A DNA stretch of 64,000 nucleotides from an uncultured Planctomycetia bacterium (GTDB lineage: Bacteria; Omnitrophota; Gorgyraeia; Duberdicusellales; Duberdicusellaceae). Below are positions 28,264-40,437 of the stretch, piece by piece. Under the pieces are notes generated by a model. The model saw only the letters and a program-made list of their open reading frames with translations. It was not told the origin of the DNA and did no database searches. Position numbers and translations under genes: made by a program. The stretch's first letter is position 1; each line of letters opens with the position of its first letter. Where the stretch lies: NCBI GenBank assembly GCA_964634935.1, contig CAZWJT010000009.1, positions 31,852 to 95,851 of the forward strand. The letters are read 5' to 3'.

Positions 28264-28638
28264 CTAGAGCTCGGAAGCGCGATCTCCGGGAAAAGAGCGA
28301 GTTAAAAGAAGAATTGCCGAATGAGGAATGACGAGGTACTTTTTATGATCCAGGGTTACTTCCACAGCCTGCTCGCGCAAAAAAACACACCAATCACCTA
28401 CCTGCGCTTGCAAAGGAAAATACTTTTCCGGAGAAGTTTTGCCAGACCACGGCTCTTGATTCAAAAGACTGGGGTCAGGAACAGGATACCCGGGACCCGT
28501 TTTCACAATCTTACCAGCCTGGACTTTTTCTTTTTCTTTAGCGGCGTCGGGAATATAAATCCCGCTCGCCGTCATCTCTTCATGCGTCTGCGGCTCGACC
28601 AAAACCTTGTCGCCGATTACAATTATTTCTTTTTCCAT
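28264..28638 (-). CDS. GroES/Cpn10-family protein, atypical (about 25-aa insertion), no groEL adjacent
   Basis: MEKEIIVIGDKVLVEP ... TASGIYIPDAAKEKEKVQAGKIVKTGPG ... VGDWCVFL ... YLVIPHSAILLLT matches the GroES pattern, with an insertion YPVPDPSLLNQEPWSGKTSPEKYFPLQAQ. Confidence 0.5.
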   Translation of the reverse strand: MEKEIIVIGDKVLVEPQTHEEMTASGIYIPDAAKEKEKVQAGKIVKTGPGYPVPDPSLLNQEPWSGKTSPEKYFPLQAQVGDWCVFLREQAVEVTLDHKKYLVIPHSAILLLTRSFPGDRASEL

Positions 28639-28646
28639 GAGTTCCT

Positions 28647-29054
28647 TCAATGACCGGGAGCGCCCCGATGAAGCCATTGAGCAAGCTTGGCGTTCTCGTC
28701 AAAATACAGCTCAATCCGTTCACCGCCCATCCAATCTTCATACCCAGGTTTATAAACCCATTTTTCCATACGCCCTTCCGGGACAACAACCACGGGATCT
28801 CCATAGCGCATGCGCACTTCATGTGAAAATTGCCCCTCTTGAAGCACCCCGCCTGCTACCGCTTTCTCGATTTTCCGGAAATTCTTAGTTTCCTGATTGA
28901 GTGCCTGCTGCTTAATTTTCTCGCTCTGGCCCAGAGCAGACAAGGTTTTTAACCCGGAAATTTTTTCGGTAAATCCCGCGCATCCGGTTAAAACCAGCAA
29001 TGCAGCGGTGAGAATAAATGGTTGCCGAAAATTCATTCCTGTTTGCAGTCGCAT
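28647..29054 (-). CDS. lipoprotein, hypothetical
   Basis: Signal peptide with LTGCAG lipobox. Confidence 0.45.
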   Translation of the reverse strand: MRLQTGMNFRQPFILTAALLVLTGCAGFTEKISGLKTLSALGQSEKIKQQALNQETKNFRKIEKAVAGGVLQEGQFSHEVRMRYGDPVVVVPEGRMEKWVYKPGYEDWMGGERIELYFDENAKLAQWLHRGAPGH

Positions 29055-29069
29055 AAAATCACTCTCTCA

Positions 29070-30095
29070 TTATTCTTCGGGAATAAGAATGGTCTTGCCT
29101 GGCCGTAATCGGTTCGGATTTTTAATCCGATCTTTGTTAAACTCGTAGAGATATTTCCAGCGGTATCCTTTCCCAAGCTCTTTTTCGGCAATGGTCCAAA
29201 GAGAATCATTCTTCTGGATAATATACTCGCGAGTCGTAACCTTTGGTTCCGATTCGACCTCTTCTTGTTCTTCGACTAAAAATTTTCCCTCCTCTGTTTG
29301 CTGGATATTCTCTCGCCGGGAAATATCCGCTGCGGGAATCATAACCTCTTCAACCTCGGCAATCATAAACTGCGCATTCCGATCTTTCTGCATCCCAACA
29401 AGATCATCCACCGGGGCGACGGCATTCAATTTTCCCCTGCTCACGATGCGCACTCTTGAACTATCAATCCCCGCCTTGAGCATAAATTGTTCAACCGCTT
29501 GCGCTCGCTTGCGTCCGAGATCAAAATTATACTTTTCGCTTCCCCGAGCATCGCAATTCCCGGTGATCAGGATATTCGCGTCTTGGTTCCTCCGAAGCGT
29601 TGCCACTGCCCGCTCAAGGAGAGAAACAGCATCGGGGCGCAAAGCACTCTTGTTATAGTCAAAATACACCTTCACATTCCGCAGAATTTTTTTAATCAAC
29701 AACGAGGGTCTCAACTCTTGCGGCTTAGCTTCAGGCAATTCATCGCTCTTGTAGTCGAAAATAATCTTATATACATAGATATACCCTCTGTTCCCCCAAG
29801 GTTGCGCGCTGCCGGGCGTATTTGGCCACCACCAGTATCCGCCTTTCTTTTCATCCTTCACGGGGCTTGGCTGGGCATCGGTTGGCCACCATTGAAAGTT
29901 TTCTTGAAGTCGTTCAATCTCTGCTTGCCGGCGTGATTCGGAATCAACCTGCCCGAAGCACACCGGGGCATGACCGATGATTCCTCCGGCACAAAAGAAA
30001 ACCACAAACCAAGAAAAAATACTCCCGGCCAGACTTTTTTCTAATTTGTTCCTCATAAGCATCGCCTCCTTGGGCTTACCCCTTAAAATTTCCAC
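29070..30095 (-). CDS. OmpA-family peptidoglycan-binding protein with C-terminal LysM domain
   Basis: OmpA_C-like region (VKVYFDYNKSALRPDAV ... ITGNCDARGSEKYNFDLGRKRAQAV) and LysM (YIIQKNDSLWTIAEKELG ... LRPGKTILIP). Confidence 0.7.
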   Translation of the reverse strand: MEILRGKPKEAMLMRNKLEKSLAGSIFSWFVVFFCAGGIIGHAPVCFGQVDSESRRQAEIERLQENFQWWPTDAQPSPVKDEKKGGYWWWPNTPGSAQPWGNRGYIYVYKIIFDYKSDELPEAKPQELRPSLLIKKILRNVKVYFDYNKSALRPDAVSLLERAVATLRRNQDANILITGNCDARGSEKYNFDLGRKRAQAVEQFMLKAGIDSSRVRIVSRGKLNAVAPVDDLVGMQKDRNAQFMIAEVEEVMIPAADISRRENIQQTEEGKFLVEEQEEVESEPKVTTREYIIQKNDSLWTIAEKELGKGYRWKYLYEFNKDRIKNPNRLRPGKTILIPEE

Positions 30096-31576
30096 TGGAA
30101 TTCAACGTTAATTTTATCTTCTACTGTTGCCTGACTCGAACCATCCCACTCGCGTATGCTCCGGATTTTAATATGATCTGTCAGCCCAAGTTCTCCTCCG
30201 AAAGACTGGCGCCAGACATCCGTGCCAGTCGATGGTTCAACGTCATAAGAAAAGTAGACGGTATCGGCAAAGAAATATTTCCCTGCCTCGACAGCAACAA
30301 TCCCAAAGCCGCTTCCTCCCTCCTGAACAGAGCCAAGCTTAAGCTGCACATCATCAAGCCCCAAAGACCGAGCGATTTTTATTTCGGCCTTCCCCAATAA
30401 TAAGTCGTTTATCACAAGATCATTGAATTCTGCCTGCGTAAAACCACGCTGTTCAGCATATGCATCAGCCTGGATTCCGCCTCCTAGCGCAATAAGGCTC
30501 AGAATCTCGTTTTGGCTCAACTCTGGATTTGATGTTATTGTCAAAAGAGAATCTTCGGGTGTGCCGTGAATATGCAAGAGGATCTTATATTTCCGTATCT
30601 TCATTTCCGCTTCAATAGCGAGAAAAGGGCTTAAGCCTTCTTTCACAAACACAGCGTGTCCTTTTTTAATCTGGGCGGCATTTCCGTGTACTTCAGTCGT
30701 CCCCTTCAACACATCTATCCTTCCCAAAAGATAAGGATCAGCGTTTCTTTCTTTCTGGCATTTTAGATATACGCTGAGCACCGCCTCAAGAAAATCATTA
30801 CTTGCGAGAACCTCTGTCCCATGGATATTGATATCGAGAATCGCGTTCTCTAAAAATCCCTGCCTGAGTAAACGTAACTGCTCATGAAATAACCCAAGAC
30901 TCGAAAGCTCATCGGAAAAAGAAAGCCGCGCAACTTTAATATTCCCTTCTATCCTTGGCTGAGAAGCAGAACCGCTCACCAGAAGCTTTACCGCACACTG
31001 CACGCGTAACTCTGAGGGTAAAAGAACCTGTATATACTTGCTCTCGAATGCAAGGTTGATTGTTTCGGGAGAAAATTTATTCAGCGTCACTTCTCCGCCT
31101 ATGGCAACCGCTCCTGAAAGACCAAATTTACGCACTATCGATACATCGAGCAAATCTTCGAAGTGCCACGTCCGCTTTTCAAGAAGAATCTTCATCACTT
31201 CTTGAGTATGTTCCACAGTGAGCGGGACTTCCAGGCTCTTATGCACAAGCCTCACATCCTGAAAGCGGACTACAAAGTCCCCGCTCAAAACCTTGAATAC
31301 GTTTGTTTGTAGCTGGACTTCCCTGCCGCGCAGCTCAACTTCCCGGGCGCAGTATGGGATTTTTTTCAGAACAACATGGGCAAGCGTAAAGCCAAAAAAA
31401 CCGCTCCTGGTAATCCCTCCAGCCTCAAGTTCAACTCCCCACCGCGTTTTCAATGAACGCTGAAAATTCCGCAAAAGATACGGGAAAAGAAACTGCCCCG
31501 TCAGATATCGTGCCTGGAAAAACAAAGCACCAAAAATAATACAGAGAAGAAAAATGCGCCAGGTACGCTGTCGCAT
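30083..31576 (-). CDS. AsmA/TamB-like envelope protein (N-terminal TM anchor, beta-rich body, C-terminal aromatic residue)
   Basis: TM anchor WRIFLLCIIFGALFF; alternating hydrophobic pattern; ends ...NVEFQWKF. Start moved to an internal Met to avoid overlap. Confidence 0.35.
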   Translation of the reverse strand: MRQRTWRIFLLCIIFGALFFQARYLTGQFLFPYLLRNFQRSLKTRWGVELEAGGITRSGFFGFTLAHVVLKKIPYCAREVELRGREVQLQTNVFKVLSGDFVVRFQDVRLVHKSLEVPLTVEHTQEVMKILLEKRTWHFEDLLDVSIVRKFGLSGAVAIGGEVTLNKFSPETINLAFESKYIQVLLPSELRVQCAVKLLVSGSASQPRIEGNIKVARLSFSDELSSLGLFHEQLRLLRQGFLENAILDINIHGTEVLASNDFLEAVLSVYLKCQKERNADPYLLGRIDVLKGTTEVHGNAAQIKKGHAVFVKEGLSPFLAIEAEMKIRKYKILLHIHGTPEDSLLTITSNPELSQNEILSLIALGGGIQADAYAEQRGFTQAEFNDLVINDLLLGKAEIKIARSLGLDDVQLKLGSVQEGGSGFGIVAVEAGKYFFADTVYFSYDVEPSTGTDVWRQSFGGELGLTDHIKIRSIREWDGSSQATVEDKINVEFQWKF

Positions 31577-31592
31577 AAACCCTGGCACGCTA

Positions 31593-32009
31593 TCACTCAA
31601 AATACTTGCGAAGCTTCTCCCATGTTTTTTGACCGACAACGCCGTCCGAATTTAATCCATTTGCTTTCTGAAATTCTTTGATCGCCTTTCGCGTCCGCTT
31701 GCCGATTTTCCCGTCAACCGGTCCGCTATAAAATCCCGCGTTCTTTAATGCTTTCTGAATCCGCTTCGGCGTCGCCTTGGTCAAGGCGCTATCTCCCCCG
31801 GCATAAACCCCGCTCTCGCCCCCTAATGACTTATTGAGTTCCTGTTCTAAATTACGCACCTCTTCTTCTTTTTGCTGAAGCTGCGATTCAAGGTCGCTCA
31901 CCCGTGATTGTAATTCCTCTACCTCCGTACCAGAGGTGTGCTTCCTTGATGTTGCACATCCAGCAAGCATGCTCGCAAGAAAAATACAAACGACGATTCG
32001 TGTAACCAT
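31593..32009 (-). CDS. lipoprotein with peptidoglycan-binding (PG_binding_1) domain
   Basis: LAGCAT lipobox; GFYSGPVDGKIGKRTRKAIKEFQKANGLNSDGVVGQKTWEKL is a canonical PG_binding_1 motif. Confidence 0.65.
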   Translation of the reverse strand: MVTRIVVCIFLASMLAGCATSRKHTSGTEVEELQSRVSDLESQLQQKEEEVRNLEQELNKSLGGESGVYAGGDSALTKATPKRIQKALKNAGFYSGPVDGKIGKRTRKAIKEFQKANGLNSDGVVGQKTWEKLRKYFE

Positions 32010-32106
32010 AGAATCCTCCTTTTCCTTTTGCCGTTGATCGTTCAGAACTCTGGTATTTTATTTATATATGAAAACCGGAAAAAAGCAAGGGTATATTTTC
32101 TGGGTT

Positions 32107-32793
32107 TTACCCCTCGCCTTCGCATTGCGTCTGTTTCCCTATTCCAATAACAATCTCGCCTTGTATCTTATGCGATTCTGCGTACTCGGCCAGTTCACCG
32201 CAAGTGCCCCGTCGCACTTCCTCATAGAGCTTCGTCATCTCTCTCAGCACAACGCATTCCCTCTGACCAAAAAATTCATTGAGCAGGTCCAATGTTTTTG
32301 CCAACCGATAGGGCGACTCAAACAAAAAAATACTGTAAGGAAAAGCCGAAAGAGTGGCAAGGAGACTTCTCTGTTTACCTTTTTTTCTTGGTAAAAACCC
32401 GATGAAGATAAATTTTTCACACTCAAGACCAGAAAGAACCACTGCGTTGATTACCGAGGAAGGGCCTGGGAGCACCGTGTATTTTATGTTTTTCTGACGG
32501 CAGGCGCGTATCAAGCGGAACCCGGGGTCGGAAACGAGAGGCGTCCCGGCGCTTGAAATCAACGCCACAGTTTTTCCTTCTTCAAGCAGATGCACTACCT
32601 GCGGTATACGTCCCGTTTCATTGTGTTCGTAAAAACTCAGTATTTGCTTCCCACAAATCTGGTGGTGCTCAAGGAGGGCGCGGGATACCCGGGTATCTTC
32701 GGCAAGAATCACATCTGCTTCCTTAAGCATGCGGACAGCCCGAAAAGTCATATCTTCACGATTCCCAATAGGGGTAGCGATTATGTAGAGCAT
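32107..32793 (-). CDS. rsmI: 16S rRNA (cytidine1402-2'-O)-methyltransferase
   Basis: MLYIIATPIGNREDMTFRAVRMLKEADVILAEDTR; start taken at the internal Met to avoid overlap with the glmS 3' end. Confidence 0.85.
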   Translation of the reverse strand: MLYIIATPIGNREDMTFRAVRMLKEADVILAEDTRVSRALLEHHQICGKQILSFYEHNETGRIPQVVHLLEEGKTVALISSAGTPLVSDPGFRLIRACRQKNIKYTVLPGPSSVINAVVLSGLECEKFIFIGFLPRKKGKQRSLLATLSAFPYSIFLFESPYRLAKTLDLLNEFFGQRECVVLREMTKLYEEVRRGTCGELAEYAESHKIQGEIVIGIGKQTQCEGEG

Positions 32794-32815
32794 GTTTTCT
32801 GAGCGCTCCGAGCGC

Positions 32816-34654
32816 TTATTCAACCGTGACTGATTTTGCCAAATTCCGAGGTTTATCAATCTCACGCCCAAGCTTGCGGGCGACGAAATAGGCGAATAAC
32901 TGAAGCGGAAGAACCGTAATCAAAGGCAGCGCGGGAGTGAAAAGTTTAGGAATGATTACTTTTACGTTGGCGATGGAATCAAATTGCGGATCTTCTTCGG
33001 TCGCGATAACAAAAACTTTTCCTTTCCGCGCTTTAATCTCTTGAATATTTGAAATCATCTTTTCATAGAGCGCATCTTTGGGGGCAACACAGACAACGAC
33101 ACGGTATTCATCAATCAGCGCAATAGGGCCGTGCTTCATCTCCCCCGCAGCATATCCTTCTGCAGGGATATACGAAATCTCTTTAAGCTTCAAGGCACCC
33201 TCTAAGGCAGTCGGATAATGAATCCCCCTGCCCAAAAACAGAAACGAACCGAAGTGCGCAAACGAATGTGAAATCTTCCGGATTGCCGCGCTCTGCTTGC
33301 AGAGAATTTCTCGCTGCAAGGGTGCAACGTTGCGCAAAGCCGCTAGATACTGCTGGATCTCTCGGGGTGGTATCGTCCGGAATATCCGGCCGCAAAAAAG
33401 ATAAAACAACATCAAACAGAGAAGTTGTGCCGTGTATGCTTTCGTGGACGCAACTCCGATTTCAGGACCTGCCGCCGTGTAGAGGAGCGCATCGGAAAAG
33501 CGGGCAAGCGTCGAACCCAACACATTACAGACCCCCAGAACTCGGGCGCCTTGAACGCGAGCCTGTTTTACCGCTGCAAGCGTATCGGCCGTCTCGCCTG
33601 ACTGGGAGACCGCGATCACGAGATCGCGCTGAGTAAATCGGATTTGCCGGTAGCGCAGCTCCGAAGAAACATCGACTTCGATATGGACACCCGGTAAAGC
33701 TTTTTCGAGTAGATATTTTGCGGTAAATCCTGCGTGATAGGCTGTGCCGCACGCAACAATCCGAACGGTCTTTATCTTTTTCAAGAATGTTTCCGGCAGA
33801 AAATCTTTTCCGAAAAAAACCCGGCCCTTGGCTACATAGAGCGAGAGTATCTTCTCTATAATCGCCGGCTGTTCATGGATTTCTTTAAGCATAAAATGCT
33901 CAAAGTTATCCTTTTGAGCTAACCGGGCATCTCCAACAATGCAAGAAATTTTCGGCGTACGTTCTTGCCCGGAAAATGTCCTGAGCGTCATATGCTCTTG
34001 TTCCAGGACCGCGTACTGGGAGTCGTCCAAATAGAAGACCTGGTTCGTAAACGGCAGAAGGGCGGAAGGATCCGATGAAAGAAACATCCCATTGCGGCTT
34101 ATCCCAATAATAAGCGGGGATTCTTTCTTGACCGCCCAGATTTTCCCTGGGGCATCGCGGGAAAGAATACCCAAGGCAAAGCTACCCTTGAGCCTTTGGA
34201 TGGTTTCCTGCAAAGCGTTTTCAAAAGATTTTCCTTTCCGCATCAACTCTTCCAAAAGATGCGCGATGACCTCGGTGTCGGTGGCTGAAGAAAATTTGTG
34301 CTTTTTTGCCAAAAGCTCTCGTTTTAACTCATCGTGGTTTTCGATGATTCCGTTATGAACAAGAGCAATGCTCCCTAAACAATCGCGGTGCGGATGAGCA
34401 TTGGGCTGGGTTGGTGCTCCATGGGTAGCCCAACGAGTATGCGCTATCCCTGTTGTGCACAGGACAGTACGCGAATTCTGTAAGCTTGCCTCAAGGGCGT
34501 GGACTCGTCCCGATCTCTTTTTTATAATGACCTTGTCTTGCGCCGCCAATGCAACGCCGCAGGAATCATACCCTCTGTATTCAAGGCGCTTGAGCCCATC
34601 GATCAACAAAGGAAGAGCGTTCTTGGTCCCAACATAACCAAAAATTCCACACAT
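32816..34654 (-). CDS. glmS: glutamine--fructose-6-phosphate aminotransferase
   Basis: MCGIFGYVG N-terminal nucleophile Cys, two SIS domains, C-terminal ...VTVE. Confidence 0.95.
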   Translation of the reverse strand: MCGIFGYVGTKNALPLLIDGLKRLEYRGYDSCGVALAAQDKVIIKKRSGRVHALEASLQNSRTVLCTTGIAHTRWATHGAPTQPNAHPHRDCLGSIALVHNGIIENHDELKRELLAKKHKFSSATDTEVIAHLLEELMRKGKSFENALQETIQRLKGSFALGILSRDAPGKIWAVKKESPLIIGISRNGMFLSSDPSALLPFTNQVFYLDDSQYAVLEQEHMTLRTFSGQERTPKISCIVGDARLAQKDNFEHFMLKEIHEQPAIIEKILSLYVAKGRVFFGKDFLPETFLKKIKTVRIVACGTAYHAGFTAKYLLEKALPGVHIEVDVSSELRYRQIRFTQRDLVIAVSQSGETADTLAAVKQARVQGARVLGVCNVLGSTLARFSDALLYTAAGPEIGVASTKAYTAQLLCLMLFYLFCGRIFRTIPPREIQQYLAALRNVAPLQREILCKQSAAIRKISHSFAHFGSFLFLGRGIHYPTALEGALKLKEISYIPAEGYAAGEMKHGPIALIDEYRVVVCVAPKDALYEKMISNIQEIKARKGKVFVIATEEDPQFDSIANVKVIIPKLFTPALPLITVLPLQLFAYFVARKLGREIDKPRNLAKSVTVE

Positions 34655-34656
34655 GA

Positions 34657-35145
34657 TTATTTAAAAATCAGCTCCGCTTCTTTCCGGGTAAGAGCAAAAA
34701 CCATCAAGGAAATCCAAGAAAGAAACAAAAAAGTAAATGGGCTTGAAATCTGCGAAAAACCCCCTCCGGCTACAGCGGTAATGAGCGTTATCACTACCAG
34801 AAATATAGCAAAATATACAGCAAATTTACGTATCTTTTCTTTGCGCCTTAAAATCCCGGCACCAATGAGAATAAAAACTGAGTAATAAACACAGGTAATC
34901 CCGACGATCAACTGAAATTGTCCCTGGCTTACTGCGGCAGAAGCGACCTTTTGCAAAAGATTCAACATTTCTTTTTGCTCTTCGGGAGAAACCAAAAGTC
35001 TCAAACAAGAAATAACCCCTATCGCTCCCAACAGGAGGTTACCGAGACCAACAAAAAATAGTAATACCGTGATTTTCTTCCCAGGAGTAGGCGCAACGCC
35101 TTGGTCATTCGGAACCGTAGGATCACCGTTTGTTTCTTCGTCCAT
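34657..35145 (-). CDS. membrane protein, hypothetical (4 TM)
   Basis: Hydrophobic helices only. Confidence 0.4.
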   Translation of the reverse strand: MDEETNGDPTVPNDQGVAPTPGKKITVLLFFVGLGNLLLGAIGVISCLRLLVSPEEQKEMLNLLQKVASAAVSQGQFQLIVGITCVYYSVFILIGAGILRRKEKIRKFAVYFAIFLVVITLITAVAGGGFSQISSPFTFLFLSWISLMVFALTRKEAELIFK

Positions 35146-35189
35146 ACACTCTTGGGCTTATGGTTTGGTAGGTAAGTGCAAAAAGAAAA

Positions 35190-35264
35190 CGTCCCCAGCC
35201 GGATTTGAACCGGCGCCGTCGCCGTGAAAGGGCGATGTCCTGAACCAGGCTAGACGATGGGGAC
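35190..35264 (-). tRNA. tRNA-Glu (anticodon UUC)
   Basis: Manual fold of the reverse complement: acceptor GTCCCCA/TGGGGAC, anticodon stem TCGCC/GGCGA, loop CTTTCAC, T-loop TTCAAAT, discriminator G, no encoded CCA. Confidence 0.85.
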
Positions 35265-35307
35265 ACACCGTACAAGTGGAAAGATTATACAAATCCCCCA
35301 TTGTTTG

Positions 35308-37779
35308 TCAATCGTTAAACTCTTTGGCAGATTCTTCAGCGGCGATGCGCGTTGCCGTTGCCAAAATATCATTCTCTTCCAACTTGATAAACCGGACTCC
35401 CTGGGTATTCCGGGACGACGATCGGATCGTACTCACTTGACAGCGGATCAAAACCCCTTTTTGAGTAATCCCCATAATTTCATCTTGTTCCGCCACGAGC
35501 ACAACACCGCCAACCTCTCCCACTTTTGGAGAAACTTTAATCCCGATCACACCCTTGCCTCCGCGCGACTGCTTCCGGTAATCATTCACCGAAGTTCTCT
35601 TGGCAAAACCTCTCTGCGTGACAGTAAGGAGAAACAAATTTTGCTTCTTCACTTGAGCATTGACTAAAACCATGCCAAGCACTTTATCTTTGTCTTGCAG
35701 CCGGATTCCCCGAACCCCTTGAGCTTGTCGTCCCATGGTCCGCACATCCGAAACCACAAAACGGATCGCCTTTCCTTTTTGCGTGCTCAAGATAACTTCG
35801 TCGTTGTCGCTATCACCAAGCGCAACCCCAATTAAGCTGTCGTTTTTCTCTAAAGAAAGTGCGGTAATGCCGCTCTTCCGTAAATTCTGGAAAGCATCAA
35901 GAGAAACTCTTTTAACCACTCCGTACTCTGTGGTCATAAACAAATATTGCTTGTCGTTGAATTCCTTAATCGCTAATACAGCGGCAACTTTTTCTTGGGG
36001 AGAAAAATTAAGCAAATTGGCAATAGCCCGCCCCTTAGAAGTCCGGCTCCCTACCGGAACCTCATAGGCTTTTACCCCGAAAACTTTTCCTTGGCTGCTA
36101 AAAACAAGCAGGGTTTCCTTGCTTGAACAGGTGAAAAGGTGTTCGATTAAATCCTCCTCTTTTGTTGCCATCGCTGTAATACCACGCCCGCCGCGCCCTT
36201 GCTTACGGTAAGCCGACAACGGCTGCCGCTTGATATAGCCGTCTGCCGATATCGCGATGACGACATCTTCTTCGACGATCAAATCTTCAACTTCAATCTC
36301 CTCTGCTTCCCCCACAATTTCCGTCCTCCGCTCATCCCCGAACTTCTCCTTCAATGCTTTTGCTTCCTCCTGGATAATCGCCTCTTGTTTTTTCTCCGAA
36401 GCGAGTATGCTCGTAAAATACTCTATTTTCTTGATGAGCTCCAGATATTCTTCATCAATCTTTGAGCGCTCAAGCGCGGTGAGCCGCTGTAGTTGCATTT
36501 CCAAGATAGCCTGCGCCTGAACATCGGTGAGCTTAAACTTCTTCATCAACTGCTCTTTCGCTTCTTGCGGAGACTTGGACGATTTAATTGTCTTAATGAC
36601 TTCATCGAGGTACTTCAGAGCTATCTTCAGTCCTTCTAAAATATGCGCCCGGCGCTGTGCTTTATCCAGATCAAATTTAGTCCGGCGCACAATGACTTCC
36701 TTGCGGTGCTGAATATAGTACTGAAGAATTTGCTTGAGATTCAACACAACCGGTTTATTATTCACCAGCGCAAGCAAAATAACCCCAAAAGTCGTTTCCA
36801 GCTGCGTATGTTTAAAAAGTTGGTTCAAAATGATCCTGGGCTCGGCTTCCCTTTTCAACTCAAGAACAACGCGTAATCCGTCGCGGTCCGATTCATCTCG
36901 TAAATCGCTGATGCCTTCAAGTTTTTTATCGGTGATTAGGGCGGCGATTGATTCGAGCAGGTTCGCCTTATTCACTTGGTATGGCAATTCCGTGATCACA
37001 ATGTGGTTGCGGTTCTTATCTTGCTCGATCACCGCCTTTGCCCTGACTACCAATTTCCCCCTTCCCTCTTCGTAGGATTTCGTAATCTCTGCTTTGCCGC
37101 AGATAATTCCTCCGGTAGGAAAATCGGGACCCTTGATGATTCGATGAAGTTCCTTGGTCGAACAGTCGGGACTATCCAGCAGATGAATAATACCGTCGCA
37201 CACTTCCGCCAAATTATGTGGCGGGATATTGGTTGCCATGCCAACAGCAATTCCCGAAGACCCGTTTACCAGAAGATTGGGAAGCGTTGCCGGAAGAACA
37301 ACCGGCTCTTGCAGCGAATTGTCGAAATTGGGGACAAAATCCACCGTATTTTTATCAAGATCCTCGAGCATATGTTCGGCGATCCGAGCAAGCTTGGCTT
37401 CGGTGTAGCGCATCGCAGCTGGCGGATCACCGTCGATGGAACCAAAGTTCCCTTGTCCATGGATAAGCGGATACCGCAAGGAAAAGTCCTGCGCCATGCG
37501 GACCAAAGAATCATAAACTGCGCTATCGCCGTGCGGATGGTATTTTCCTAAGGTTTCTCCAACGATACGAGCGCACTTTTTAAACGGCTGGTTGTGCCGG
37601 ATATTCAACTGATCCATAGCGTAAAGAATCCGGCGGTGAACGGGCTTCAACCCATCGCGGACATCCGGCAATGCCCTTCCGACAATAACGCTCATCGCGT
37701 AGGAAATATAAGAATCCTTCATTTCTTCCTCGAGATAGCGAGGAAGTATCCTCTCGGTGATTTGATTTTCAGCGCTCAT
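35308..37779 (-). CDS. gyrA: DNA gyrase subunit A
   Basis: [29 protein letters not shown] active-site region, C-terminal beta-pinwheel repeats. Confidence 0.95.
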   Translation of the reverse strand: MSAENQITERILPRYLEEEMKDSYISYAMSVIVGRALPDVRDGLKPVHRRILYAMDQLNIRHNQPFKKCARIVGETLGKYHPHGDSAVYDSLVRMAQDFSLRYPLIHGQGNFGSIDGDPPAAMRYTEAKLARIAEHMLEDLDKNTVDFVPNFDNSLQEPVVLPATLPNLLVNGSSGIAVGMATNIPPHNLAEVCDGIIHLLDSPDCSTKELHRIIKGPDFPTGGIICGKAEITKSYEEGRGKLVVRAKAVIEQDKNRNHIVITELPYQVNKANLLESIAALITDKKLEGISDLRDESDRDGLRVVLELKREAEPRIILNQLFKHTQLETTFGVILLALVNNKPVVLNLKQILQYYIQHRKEVIVRRTKFDLDKAQRRAHILEGLKIALKYLDEVIKTIKSSKSPQEAKEQLMKKFKLTDVQAQAILEMQLQRLTALERSKIDEEYLELIKKIEYFTSILASEKKQEAIIQEEAKALKEKFGDERRTEIVGEAEEIEVEDLIVEEDVVIAISADGYIKRQPLSAYRKQGRGGRGITAMATKEEDLIEHLFTCSSKETLLVFSSQGKVFGVKAYEVPVGSRTSKGRAIANLLNFSPQEKVAAVLAIKEFNDKQYLFMTTEYGVVKRVSLDAFQNLRKSGITALSLEKNDSLIGVALGDSDNDEVILSTQKGKAIRFVVSDVRTMGRQAQGVRGIRLQDKDKVLGMVLVNAQVKKQNLFLLTVTQRGFAKRTSVNDYRKQSRGGKGVIGIKVSPKVGEVGGVVLVAEQDEIMGITQKGVLIRCQVSTIRSSSRNTQGVRFIKLEENDILATATRIAAEESAKEFND

Positions 37780-37800
37780 TCTTTTTGTGCTCCTTGGATG

Positions 37801-40170
<2,370 letters not shown>

Positions 40171-40437
40171 TTACCCCCCGATAGCGATTGTAATGCCTTT
40201 GATTGCTTCGCCTGTTGCCTCTTGAACTTTATCCTTTAATTCTTTCCTCCACATCCTCAACTCCGCTGCCCATATCGCTGAGTCTACAAAAAAAATGAGT
40301 CGTTTATTTTTCAGTGTAATATTCTTAATGTGCGGGCCTGCGCCGGACCCAACTACGCTTTGACAGACTTCATACACGTCCTTCTTCCGTTCGGCTTGCT
40401 TGAGAATTTGATTGAGAGTTTCTCGTAGCGTGTCCAT
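40171..40437 (-). CDS. DUF721 (RemB/YaaB-like) protein
   Basis: Position between dnaN and gyrB; IKNITLKNKRLIFFVDSAIWAAELRMWRKEL matches the DUF721 core. Confidence 0.5.
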   Translation of the reverse strand: MDTLRETLNQILKQAERKKDVYEVCQSVVGSGAGPHIKNITLKNKRLIFFVDSAIWAAELRMWRKELKDKVQEATGEAIKGITIAIGG

